A stretch of 20,000 bases of DNA from Vicugna vicugna (Eukaryota): assembly GCA_013265495.1 (NCBI GenBank), contig MU058017.1, positions 360,044 to 380,043 of the forward strand, in the 5' to 3' direction. The translations under genes and the position numbers were made by a program. Below are positions 1 to 8,657 of the stretch, piece after piece. The notes below the pieces were generated by a model. The model searched no databases, had not been told where the DNA came from, and worked only from the letters and a program-made list of their open reading frames with translations. Every line of letters starts with the position of its first letter. Position 1 is the first letter of the stretch.

Positions 1-569
1 TGATTTCGGAGCTCGGCCACATTGCATGCCTTCCTTCTGACTCAGTGAGAGCGGGACAAGGGCAGAAGAGATGCTCACGGAGCCAGGGCAATCAGCTGTA
101 TCTTTTCCATTCACAGCTAGGTTTATTTGGAGGGACTGGAAAAACCTTCAATGAAAACTTTTTTTTTAAATAATAAAATAAAAGAATTTACCCTGTTCTC
201 ATCAGCCAGACATCAAGAAATAATTATGGGTGTGTATTTTCCTCTGCCTTGTGAAACATATCCTAATTCTAGGATAAGCAAACTTTATAGTATGGTAAAG
301 ACGGCAGTAACATTTCACTTGTAAATTTTGTTATATTTAGCAATAAAAGAATCACCATGTGTTTAAGTCACATTTGAATACTTATAAATAGAATTCTCAT
401 CTGAAGACATGAAACAGTAACTAAAGAAAGAATCCATGACTCCTTTGCAACAGAGCAAGAACACTGGAGAAGTTTGGTATCTTATTTTCTAAAATAGTAT
501 TCATTACAACCCTATTAGCAGGAGAGTGTTAGTATCTTAATTTAGGGACTTTTAAACATGAAGATAGTG

Positions 570-780
570 ATGATGAGGATGGTGATAATGACTTTGTAGA
601 AAAACTGATAGTTTATAATATTTATTTTATATACATTCCTTCATTTGAATTAGATATTTTGTCTACATTTTACACTTAGAAATATTTAAGTACATTTTAT
701 AACATCATTTAGATAGTAAGTGTTGGAAGTGGAATATGAACCTGGATCATCCCATTCCTGAAGTCCTCTTCTTTAAGCTA
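570..780 (-). mobile_element. Highly decayed MIR SINE fragment
   Basis: 'tagtaagtgttggaagtggaatatgaacctgg' resembles the reverse complement of the MIR tRNA-like head; boundaries approximate. Confidence 0.4.
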
Positions 781-799
781 AGACTTAACAGTACCTTAC

Positions 800-831
800 C
801 CAGGGATGGTTCTGGCAGTGTAAATGAGAAA
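800..831 (-). other. Candidate 32-nt micro-exon of an unidentified minus-strand gene
   Basis: Minus strand reads tcattctgctttcctttgctatAG|TTTCTCATTTACACTGCCAGAACCATCCCTGG|GTaagg; open in all three frames; unique sequence between MIRs. Confidence 0.35.
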
Positions 832-924
832 CTATAGCAAAGGAAAGCAGAATGATCTGTAATGGGTTATAAGTAACCCCAGACTGAGATTGTGCTTTTC
901 AAGAAGATAGAAACCAAACTCCCA

Positions 925-1150
925 ACAATGATAGCAGTTAACGTATATTGAAGGTTTACTCTGTGCCAAGCAGAATGCTGAAAGCTTTTTTATTCTTATA
1001 TATTATTACATTTTATCCTGACACTTTCCCATGAGATAGAAAACCGTGTAAGAGATTAAGTAACTTCTTCAAAGTCACATAGCTGTAAGAAAAGTAACCA
1101 GACTATGAAACCAGTAGATTCCTGAGCTCTCATCTTTTACTGCTACATCA
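925..1150 (-). mobile_element. MIR SINE
   Basis: 'tattgaaggtttactctgtgccaagca' and 'gagattaagtaacttcttcaaagtcacatagct' match the reverse complement of the MIR 3' end and core. Confidence 0.8.
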
Positions 1151-1304
1151 CTGACAGTTTTTAGCCCCAAAGAATTAGTCACCACACCCTATTAATCATC
1201 TGTGGACAAACAGATTTGCAGTAGTAGAAGGACCAGCAACATCAGAAATGCCACTAATAATCAGCAGGGATAGTTTTGTAGGTTTGCCATACAACTTATG
1301 ATTT

Positions 1305-1447
1305 TTTTCTTTTTTCTTCTCTTTTAATTTTGGGGGGAGGTAATTAGGTTATTTATTTATCTATTTCTAATGAAGGTACTAGGGACTGAACCTAGGACCT
1401 CATGCATCCTAAGCACATGCTTTACCACTGAAATACACCCTTCTCAC
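1305..1447 (-). mobile_element. tRNA-Ala-derived SINE (camelid Vic-1-like)
   Basis: Minus strand GGGTGTATTTCAGTGGTAAAGCATGTGCTTAGGATGCATGAGGTCCTAGGTTCAGTCCCTAGTACC has tRNA-Ala-like A/B boxes, an aaataaataaacctaattacctccccc tail and an A-rich end; degenerate TSD caacttatgattt (1292-1304) / cagtttataattt (1448-1460). Confidence 0.85.
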
Positions 1448-1597
1448 CAGTTTATAATTTCAAATAACACATAATTCATTTTAAACGTGCCTGTAATTTT
1501 TAAATGGTATTTTTAAATTCCCCTTTTAATTAATGCCAAAATGTATGTCATTTATGGAGAAAAAACAAAACATCTTAAATCAGCGATGAGAAGCCAC

Positions 1598-1818
1598 TGG
1601 CATAAATAAAAGCACTGAATTTAGCATAAGAAGTCATGAGATCAAGTACTGCTTCTGCTGCCCAGCAGCACAACCACTCTGGGCAACATAGTGAGTGTGA
1701 GTCTTCCTTTTCTCTGCTCTAAAGTAAGTCTACCTCTCAGGATTGCTATGACGTTAAATAATGTAACATATGAGAATGTGTCTGGCACTCAGAAGTTACT
1801 CAGTAAAAGTTATTTGAT
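1598..1818 (+). mobile_element. MIR SINE
   Basis: 'ctacctctcaggattgctatgacgttaaataatgtaacatatg...gtgtctggcactcagaagttactcagtaaa' matches the MIR 3' half. Confidence 0.7.
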
Positions 1819-2029
1819 AATAATGACTACCAATTATTGAATGCTTGCTGAAATGCCAGCATAGTGGGCATTTGGGTGAGTAGAAGCTTCAAGTGTTGCT
1901 TTCTGCATACTGCAAATAAGGGTGCTGAGGATCTCTTTGCCTTGTAGTTCATTTGATGAACTATGGAGTCTCCTACTCCAGGGTGCTGCTACGAGCTGTT
2001 AGGCAGTGTGGGTGATTTTGGGGCTCTTT

Positions 2030-2115
2030 AGTATTTCTGGTTTTTTGAGGGTTTTTTGGTTTGGGAGGGTAGGAGGTTTTTTGTGTTTTTTGTTGTTATT
2101 GTTTGTTTGTTTGCT
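2030..2115. repeat. T/G-rich low-complexity tract ending in (GTTT)n
   Basis: Directly visible runs ttttttg / ttgttg / gtttgtttgtttg. Confidence 0.8.
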
Positions 2116-2739
2116 TGCACTAAATGGCACTACATCCATCTTCCCACCAGTTCCCCAAGAGAGGAAATTTCTGTAATTGCACAACCCCTTTCCATTCAAG
2201 GCCACCTCCCTCCCTTCACCATGGCAATGCCCATCACATATGGGCAGCTGTGGCATCATTGGAAAAAAGACGGGTGTCCTGGATGCCTCATCTAAGGTCT
2301 TAGCTCATCCCACGGACTTCTGGAGCTTTATGCTGCTATGCCCTGCACACTCCCATTGAGGCTGCTGGCATCCCAAATGCATCCTGGTCCCTACATTTTG
2401 ATGCAGCAACAGACTTTTGTAAGTCACGTGCGTATTCCCTACAACATTCAATGTCAGCACATCAGAATCCTATCCTACATGAATTCCATTTTCCTATTCT
2501 AAAAGCCCTAATCTTTTTATCCCTATGCCTCAATTATCAAGAGAACGTTCAGTCCAGGCTCCCTCAAAAAAAATAGCTCTAAGAAGCCCGATGTTAGAAT
2601 ACGGAAAATTGCAAGCAATAGTGGAAGGCATTTTAGTTCATAAAGACAAAGGAAGAAGGGCTATAAAGCTTTTAAAAGATTTTGTCCCTCAAGTTTAGTT
2701 ATCTGAGTTTTGTTTGTTTAGTGTTTCAATCTCATCTTC

Positions 2740-2810
2740 ACTTATTCATTTATTCAACATGTAGCTCTGGGAACCTACTATGAGCTGAGCCCTATACTAG
2801 ACACCTGCAC
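2740..2810 (-). mobile_element. LINE-2 3' end fragment
   Basis: 'ttattcatttattcaacat...acctactatgagctgagccctatactagacac' matches the reverse complement of the L2 terminus. Confidence 0.6.
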
Positions 2811-3244
2811 TTATGATTAGCAGCTGAAAGGCACAGAAACCAATAAAAAGCCACTCGGAGCATAGATGCACAGGGAATGTGAGAATTTCTTTTCTTTCTC
2901 TTCAAAGGGGAGGCCACTTTTTGTGCATTTTTCATGCTGGTCAAGGTATTCTGAACCTTCCCTGGAGCCAATGCCCTCTCACAACACTCCCATTCTCACT
3001 CAGCAAAAGGTTCTCAACCACTGTCAAAGATTTAAGCCCCATCTGACTCTGTAGGTGCCAAAAAAGTAACAATTCAGCACCTTAACAGACATGGTTCAGA
3101 CATTCAACGCCCATATATAAAAATGTATAAAACAGTAAACTATCTTTTATCTGGTATTCTTTCAACAAAAATTGTTATGAAATCTTAATTTTGTTGCCAA
3201 CAAGATGAAATGAATAGTGAGTGTCCTGGGGATGACCCCAAGAC

Positions 3245-3312
3245 ACTGAAATCCTAAGGCCCTGGAACAGAGTCAGGCACTTTGCTTTCAATAAATGCTG
3301 GTTGGATGAATA
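3245..3312 (+). mobile_element. LINE-2 3' end fragment
   Basis: 'ccctggaacagagtcaggcac...tcaataaatgctggttggatgaat'. Confidence 0.55.
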
Positions 3313-4149
3313 CTGTCTGAATCACTGGGAAAGAAAATAAATTATTCCAAGTTGAGTTTTAGAACTAAACTACATTTAAGGTAACTTTTCATTTATCTAG
3401 CATCCCAATTGCTGAAAACTTCAACCCTACAGAACACAACTGAGGACCAAAAGTCAGAAATGCTCAGAGATTAAAAGACAGTGGTCATTAAGCTTCATAT
3501 TCATAAGCAATTACAAGAAGCCTGCACTTCAAGCCTGTTTACTTCTACTTTGCAAATAATTCTAACAAAACTTGGTTCTCTGAGACCTAAGAACACAGCA
3601 AACTTGAAGTATCTAATTTGAAAAGGGAAAGGGGCTGCAACAAGTCAAAGTGCTTATGCCAGGAAGAAATAGAATCACAAAAGCCTAGCAATACAGGAGG
3701 AGGAAAAGAAGCTATAAAATGAGAAGAAATTCTAAGGTGCATGGCATTCGTTGAGGAGACAAATCATTGTAGAGCCCTAGGATGTTCTTGAGGGAATTGC
3801 TGAATCATAGCTGAATGTAAATATTGACATATTTAGTAGTATCTTTTAAGAATTAAGGAAATTATATATTTTAAATAGATCATATCAAAACAAATATATT
3901 TTGGTCCTGATGAGTGTAAAATACCAGCTATTAGGAAAAGTTTAATTATCCAAATGTCTCATTCCCTAAAGATTTGGGAAAGGTGAGGTTATTCTAATAT
4001 GTATGAGTATGTACGCACACACATCTGCACATATGTATATAAATTACAGGAAGTAGAATTGCTGTTAAGCTAGAAAACCTCACCCCCCCAATCGGCAGTA
4101 TAACGGATTATTAACTTTTTGGTTGTCAGCTTCCAATAACAGCATGATC

Positions 4150-4300
4150 AAAGTGGTTACCTGGAATCCAAAACCTTGAGTTCATGCTTTATTTTCATCT
4201 AGTACAACTGAGATCAGGGAAATTACCTCACTGCTCAGTGACTCAATTTATCTCTTTGTATAATGAGAAAAACAAAAGCTTACCTCACAAGAGTCTGGTG
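4150..4300 (+). mobile_element. Decayed MIR SINE
   Basis: 'agggaaattacctcactgctcagtgactcaatttatctctttgtataatgagaaaaacaaaagcttacctcacaagagt' resembles the MIR core. Confidence 0.6.
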
Positions 4301-4489
4301 GACTTTGTTCCTGTTTCCAAAACTTGGAAATGCTTAATATAAATCCCAATAAGAGCCTTGTTTGGGGTTATTACTTTTTAAGCAAATACCCCTCAAGGAA
4401 AAGATACAAAGGAAGTCAGTCTTTCTTTCCCTAATTTCTTTCCTTGCAATCTTTGCTTTCCAAAGAACACAGCAGAGAAACAAAGAGCC

Positions 4490-4735
4490 AAATGCTCTGA
4501 CTCACGGCTTTTTCTAATAGTGTTGTGGTCAATTTGCTCCCGCATAAAAAAGGAGTAGCTTTGAACTCTGGGTTTTGGAAGGCCAGGAGTGGAAAAACGT
4601 CTTTAGCAGAAAAAAAGGCACATTCCCAATCTGTCCAAATCTGTCCAATGCTTTGCGTTTGTGAGAAAAGTCCACTTGGGCATGCAGCAACCACTGGAGT
4701 CCTTTTCTGCTGTCAGAACTTTCTGACAAAAGGGG
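4490..4735. promoter_or_regulatory. Putative enhancer-like motif cluster
   Basis: AP-1 TGACTCA 4498-4504, RUNX TGTGGTC 4524-4530, TCF CTTTGAA 4559-4565, NFAT TGGAAA 4590-4595, TEAD CATTCC 4621-4626; several retained CpGs; motif evidence only. Confidence 0.3.
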
Positions 4736-4747
4736 CTGAACTGTGCC

Positions 4748-5030
4748 TTTTTTTTTTTTTTAACATTTGAACATAGACTATATATTTTTAATATTATTGT
4801 AAAAGTTCATTTTTTTCAGTTTTTTCATTGAAGTATAGTCAATTACAATGTGTCAATTGTTGGTATACAGCATCATGTTTCAAACATACTTATACATACA
4901 TATATTTATTTTCATATTCTTTTTCATTATAGGTTACTACAAGATATTGAATATAGTTCCTTGTGCTATACAGTGGAAACTTGTATATCTATTTTATATA
5001 TAGTAGTTAGTATCTGAAAATCTCAAACTT
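4748..5030 (-). mobile_element. Short 5'-truncated LINE-1 3' UTR insertion with extra 3' sequence and poly(A)
   Basis: 4810-5030 is homologous to the 3' UTR of the L1 at ~8440-8635 (shared cactgtatagcaca, ttgacaca); poly(T) 4748-4761; TSD-like aactgtgccttt / aactttgccttt. Confidence 0.85.
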
Positions 5031-5509
5031 TGCCTTTCAATGAAATCTTGAATCGAGTTCCTTTTTCAGAGCTTATTCATTCAAGCCTTAAGATGTTGTC
5101 TCATTTTGAACTTGCTTTTAGGGCAAATGGGAAAATGGCATATAGCTTTGTGCCTAGAAAAGCTGGCTCCATCCTTCTTTGGGAAGAATAGTTCCATGTG
5201 GTTCAGAAAGCTCAAGGCACACTGAGGGTCTTCACTAAGAGACTTCTGATATTGCAGTTGGTTATTGCACCCCAAGTTGATCAGATGTCTTGCTTTTTGT
5301 TTTCTTGGATGCTGTTTTCTTAAAGCTTATCACAATCTAATATATTCATACAACTTTATAGTGTGTGGAGGGCTTTCATGCATATTGATTCATGGGTGAG
5401 ACCCAGTATGCTGCTGACTTCTCAGTATTTTGTAGTTCTGTTTTGTTCCTTGTTTTAATTCTTAAAAGACTCTTATAATCTGAAAAAGACACATACTGAA
5501 TTTTCGTAC

Positions 5510-5931
5510 TTTTTTAATTGAAGTTTAGTTCATTTACAATGCTGTGTTAGTTTCTGGTATACAGCATAGTGATTATAAATATATAAATATAAATATAAAT
5601 ATAAATATGAATATAAATATAAATATAAATATAAAATATTAGTATTCCATTGTTTCTATGCACCACAACTTCTTTATCCAGTCATCTGTTGATGGACACT
5701 TAGGTTGTTTTCATGTCTTGACTATTGTAAATAGTGCTGCAATCAACATTGGGGTGCACGTATCTTTTCAAATTAAAGTTTCTCTGGATATGTGCCCAGG
5801 CGTGGGATTGCTGAATCATATGGTAACTCTATTTTCAGCTTTTTAAGGGAATCTGCATATTGTTTTCCACAGTGGCTGGACCAAATAACATTCCTACCAA
5901 CAGTGTAGGAGGGTTCTTTTTTTTCACACCA
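5510..5931 (-). mobile_element. LINE-1 fragment (ORF2 3' part plus terminus, internally deleted)
   Basis: Minus ORF reads ...KKEPSYTVGRNVIWSSHCGKQYADSLKKLKIELPYDSAIPRLGTYP (L1 ORF2 C-terminal-like); L1 end tttttaattgaagtttagtt; degenerate TSD 5502-5514 / 5932-5944 followed by TTTT/AA. Confidence 0.9.
5574..5634. repeat. (TATAAA)n hexanucleotide microsatellite, about 10 units
   Basis: Directly visible tandem ataaat units with one tatgaa variant. Confidence 0.95.
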
Positions 5932-6289
5932 TTTAGTACATTTTAAAATATCTAGTGTCATTCTTTGGCTGATAAGATTGAGCAGTTGGCTGTTCTTATC
6001 TGTCACCCAATTGAAGAATTTATCTCAGTACTAAAATCTCATTACCTAAAGTGCTCTAAGGACATCTCAAAAGTGTCTTTATTCTTTTCTCCTTGAGAGG
6101 AAGTTTTCTTAGAAGCACTCTCAGCTCACTGTTACCAAATACACATTTTACCTCCAGGCCATTCTGTCCCTCCTGTTCCAGAAGCTTCTCTTCCTGAGTG
6201 TCTTCCTTGACATGTTCTCATGTGCTCCTCATCCTACCCCTCCTGCCTTCTGGGGACCTCACTCTGGACCATGTGCACCATCTTCCCAA

Positions 6290-6845
6290 TTGAAGCTATA
6301 GCGTTCTTTCTTAGCACAGATCAAATTGTGACTCACTCCTGTTTAAAGACCTTCAGAGATATTTCATGGCCCTCAAATTGGAGTCCAAACCCCATCACAG
6401 GATTTGCAAGGTCTTTCCATGGTCTGCGCCTGCTCATCTTCCCAGCTCCATTTCTTTCCACACCACCTGCTGCCAACAACCCAACTCTGCACTACAGTTA
6501 CAGTTTCCTCTCAGAGTACCGTATCTCATATGTTTTAGCTTTCATTTACACTTTTCTGTCTTTTTGCCTGAAACACTGCCTTCTCATCACCTCCCAACTC
6601 CCTAAGCATTCTCAGAAAACTTCCTTGAAATTCAGAACTGGATTAGGGGGCTCTGCCATATTCTCACACATTGCCACAGCATCCAACACTCTCACTGTAA
6701 CTCTTTAATTAACTTTTATCTCTCCTGGTCTGCAAACCCCATTATGGTCTGAATTGAGTCTGTCTTACTAAGCAGTATGTTCCCAACACTGAGCCTAAAA
6801 CCAAGTGCAGTTACTCAATATTTGTTGAATGAAGGAATTAGTGAA
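6290..6845 (+). mobile_element. LINE-2 3' region
   Basis: 'tgtgactcactcctgtttaaagaccttcag...gagtccaaacccc...caaggtctttccatggtctg' and terminus 'actcaatatttgttgaatgaaggaatt'; may extend further upstream. Confidence 0.8.
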
Positions 6846-7109
6846 GGATACAGAAATCATAATCAAAGAAGCACAGCTATCAGAGCCAAAGGAGCAGATT
6901 CAAGGATCAACCAGGGTTCTAGAAAAAGTAAGTGGTCCAAAGTCTGGCCAAACAAGTCAGAAATCAAGAAGTCCTTAACAACCAACAGTGCAAAGTGGAA
7001 AGAAAAGGTCTAAGGCAGGCCCTTACCCATACACAAACAAAATTTGATCACCACAACACCCACACAAGTCTCTCATGCTCATCCTGGGCAAACTTGCCCA
7101 GAGCATGAT

Positions 7110-7245
7110 GGTGTGGTACAGGGACTACCTGCCTCAGGATTCTGCATTCCCAGTAGTCCTGCTGACTCAGAATCTCACGGGTTGGGGCCAGAAATCTGCA
7201 TTTTTAACCAGCATCACATGGGATACTCATGCACCTTAAAGTCCT
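7110..7245 (+). mobile_element. MER5A/MER5B-like (hAT-Charlie) DNA transposon remnant
   Basis: 'ctgctgactcagaatctcacgggttggggccagaaatctgcatttttaaccagc...tcatgcaccttaaagt' resembles the MER5 3' half. Confidence 0.7.
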
Positions 7246-7645
7246 AGGTTAGAAGTGGGGACAATGACAATAGCAGGTGGTATAGGCAGAACAAGAGCGG
7301 GAAGCAAACACATTTCCTGGTGGTGTCTAGTTCAGTATTGTGAGCCCCCAGTTGCTCTACACATGGTTTATGACTTGTAGGTAAGGATATCTTTGCCCTG
7401 ATTCATTCATAATGAACTAACCCACAGCTGGTCCATATTTGGCCCTTAGAAGTTACAACAAAGGTCGTGTGTACAGGGTGGGGGGAGGGTGGTGCTTTCA
7501 TCGCACTTCAGTCATAACTCCCACTTAATTCCTCACTTGGGCCTCCCTTCTCTATTTGGGGCATGGCCTTGTATAATCCATCCATGCAACTTGTCTGGAC
7601 AGATGAATATTTAACCAACATTCAATAAAACAATATTGCCTTGTC

Positions 7646-8657
7646 ACTTGATCTCCAAAATATATAAGCAGCTTATATGACTCAATAAGAAAAAAATAAA
7701 CAACCCAATCCAAAAATGGGCAGAAGACCTAAACAAGCAACTCTCCAAGGAAGACATACAAATGATCAAAAAGCACATGAAAAAATGTTCAATATCACTA
7801 ATTATCAGAGAAATGCAAATCAAAACTACAATGAGGTATCACCTCACACCAGTCAGAATGGCCGTCATTCAAAAATCCAAAAATGACAAATGCTGGAGAG
7901 GCTGTGGAGAAAGGGGAACCCTCCTACACTGCTGGTGGGAATGCAGTTTGGTGCAGCCACTATGGAAAACAGTGTGGAGATTCCTCAAAAGACTAGGAAT
8001 AGACTTACCATATGACCCAGGAATCCCACTCCTGGGCTTGTATCCAGAAGGAAATCTACTTCAGGATGACACCTGCACCCCAATGTTCATAGCAGCACTA
8101 TTTACAATAGCCAAAACATGGAAACAACATAAATGTCCATCAACAGGTGACTGGATAAAGAAGAAGTGGTATATTTATACAATGGAATACTACTCAGCCA
8201 TAAAAACCAACAACATAATGCCATTTGCAGCAACATGGATGCTCCTAGAGAATGTCATTCTAAGTGAAGTAAGCCAGAAAGAGAAAGAAAAATACCATAT
8301 GAGATCGCTCATATGTGGAATGTAAAAAACAAAAACAAACAAAAACAAAGCATAAATACAGGACAGAAATAGACTCATGGACAGAGAATACAGACTTGTG
8401 GTTACCGGGGTGGGGGGGTAGAGGGTGGGAAGGGATAGACTGGGATTTCAAAATTGTAGAATAGATAAACAAGATTACACTGTATAGCACAGGGAAATAT
8501 ACACAAAATGTTATGATAAATCACAGAGAAAAAAATGTGACAATGAGTGTGTATATGTCCATGAATGAGTGAAAAATTGTGCTGAACACTGGAATTTGAC
8601 ACAACACTGTAAAATGATTATGAATCAATAAAAAATGTAAAAAAAAAAAAGAAAAAA
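7646..8657 (+). mobile_element. Young 5'-truncated LINE-1 (ORF2 C-terminus, 3' UTR, poly(A))
   Basis: Perfect 19-bp TSD aaaacaatattgccttgtc at 7627-7645 and 8658-8676; AATAAA 8627-8632; poly(A) tail; G-rich 3' UTR tract 8407-8444. Confidence 0.97.
7648..8325 (+). pseudogene. L1 ORF2p C-terminal (cysteine-rich domain) remnant
   Basis: [30 protein letters not shown]...[30 protein letters not shown]...[18 protein letters not shown]...; single in-frame stop at 7678-7680, no frameshift. Confidence 0.95.

Noticed and set aside
96..120. Strong plus-strand acceptor-like tract (similar minus-strand tracts at ~3325-3342 and ~9429-9452)
   Set aside because: No matching donor or plausible exon nearby; isolated acceptors are common in introns
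1368..1442. tRNA-Ala gene (also 15899-15972)
   Set aside because: Stems are degenerate, and the SINE tail, A-rich end and TSDs show these are retroposed SINEs
1999..2359. Overlapping short ORFs, one resembling a signal peptide
   Set aside because: The hydrophobic or Lys-rich character comes from the T/G low-complexity tract
5574..5634. CRISPR-like or promoter array
   Set aside because: Simple hexamer microsatellite without spacers; eukaryotic repeat context
6220..6708. 162-aa ORF
   Set aside because: Lies largely in a pyrimidine-rich decayed L2; no recognisable domain
7476..7494. G-quadruplex candidates (also 15238-15260)
   Set aside because: Only three properly separated G3+ tracts, so they fail the canonical four-tract pattern
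7762..8325. 187-aa ORF as a cellular gene
   Set aside because: It is the C-terminus of L1 ORF2 in a 5'-truncated insertion with no promoter, endonuclease or RT domain
8190..8602. Hydrophobic minus-strand ORFs (also 10419-11274 on the minus strand and 5658-5846 on the plus strand)
   Set aside because: Antisense readings of L1 sequence, a well-known source of spurious ORFs
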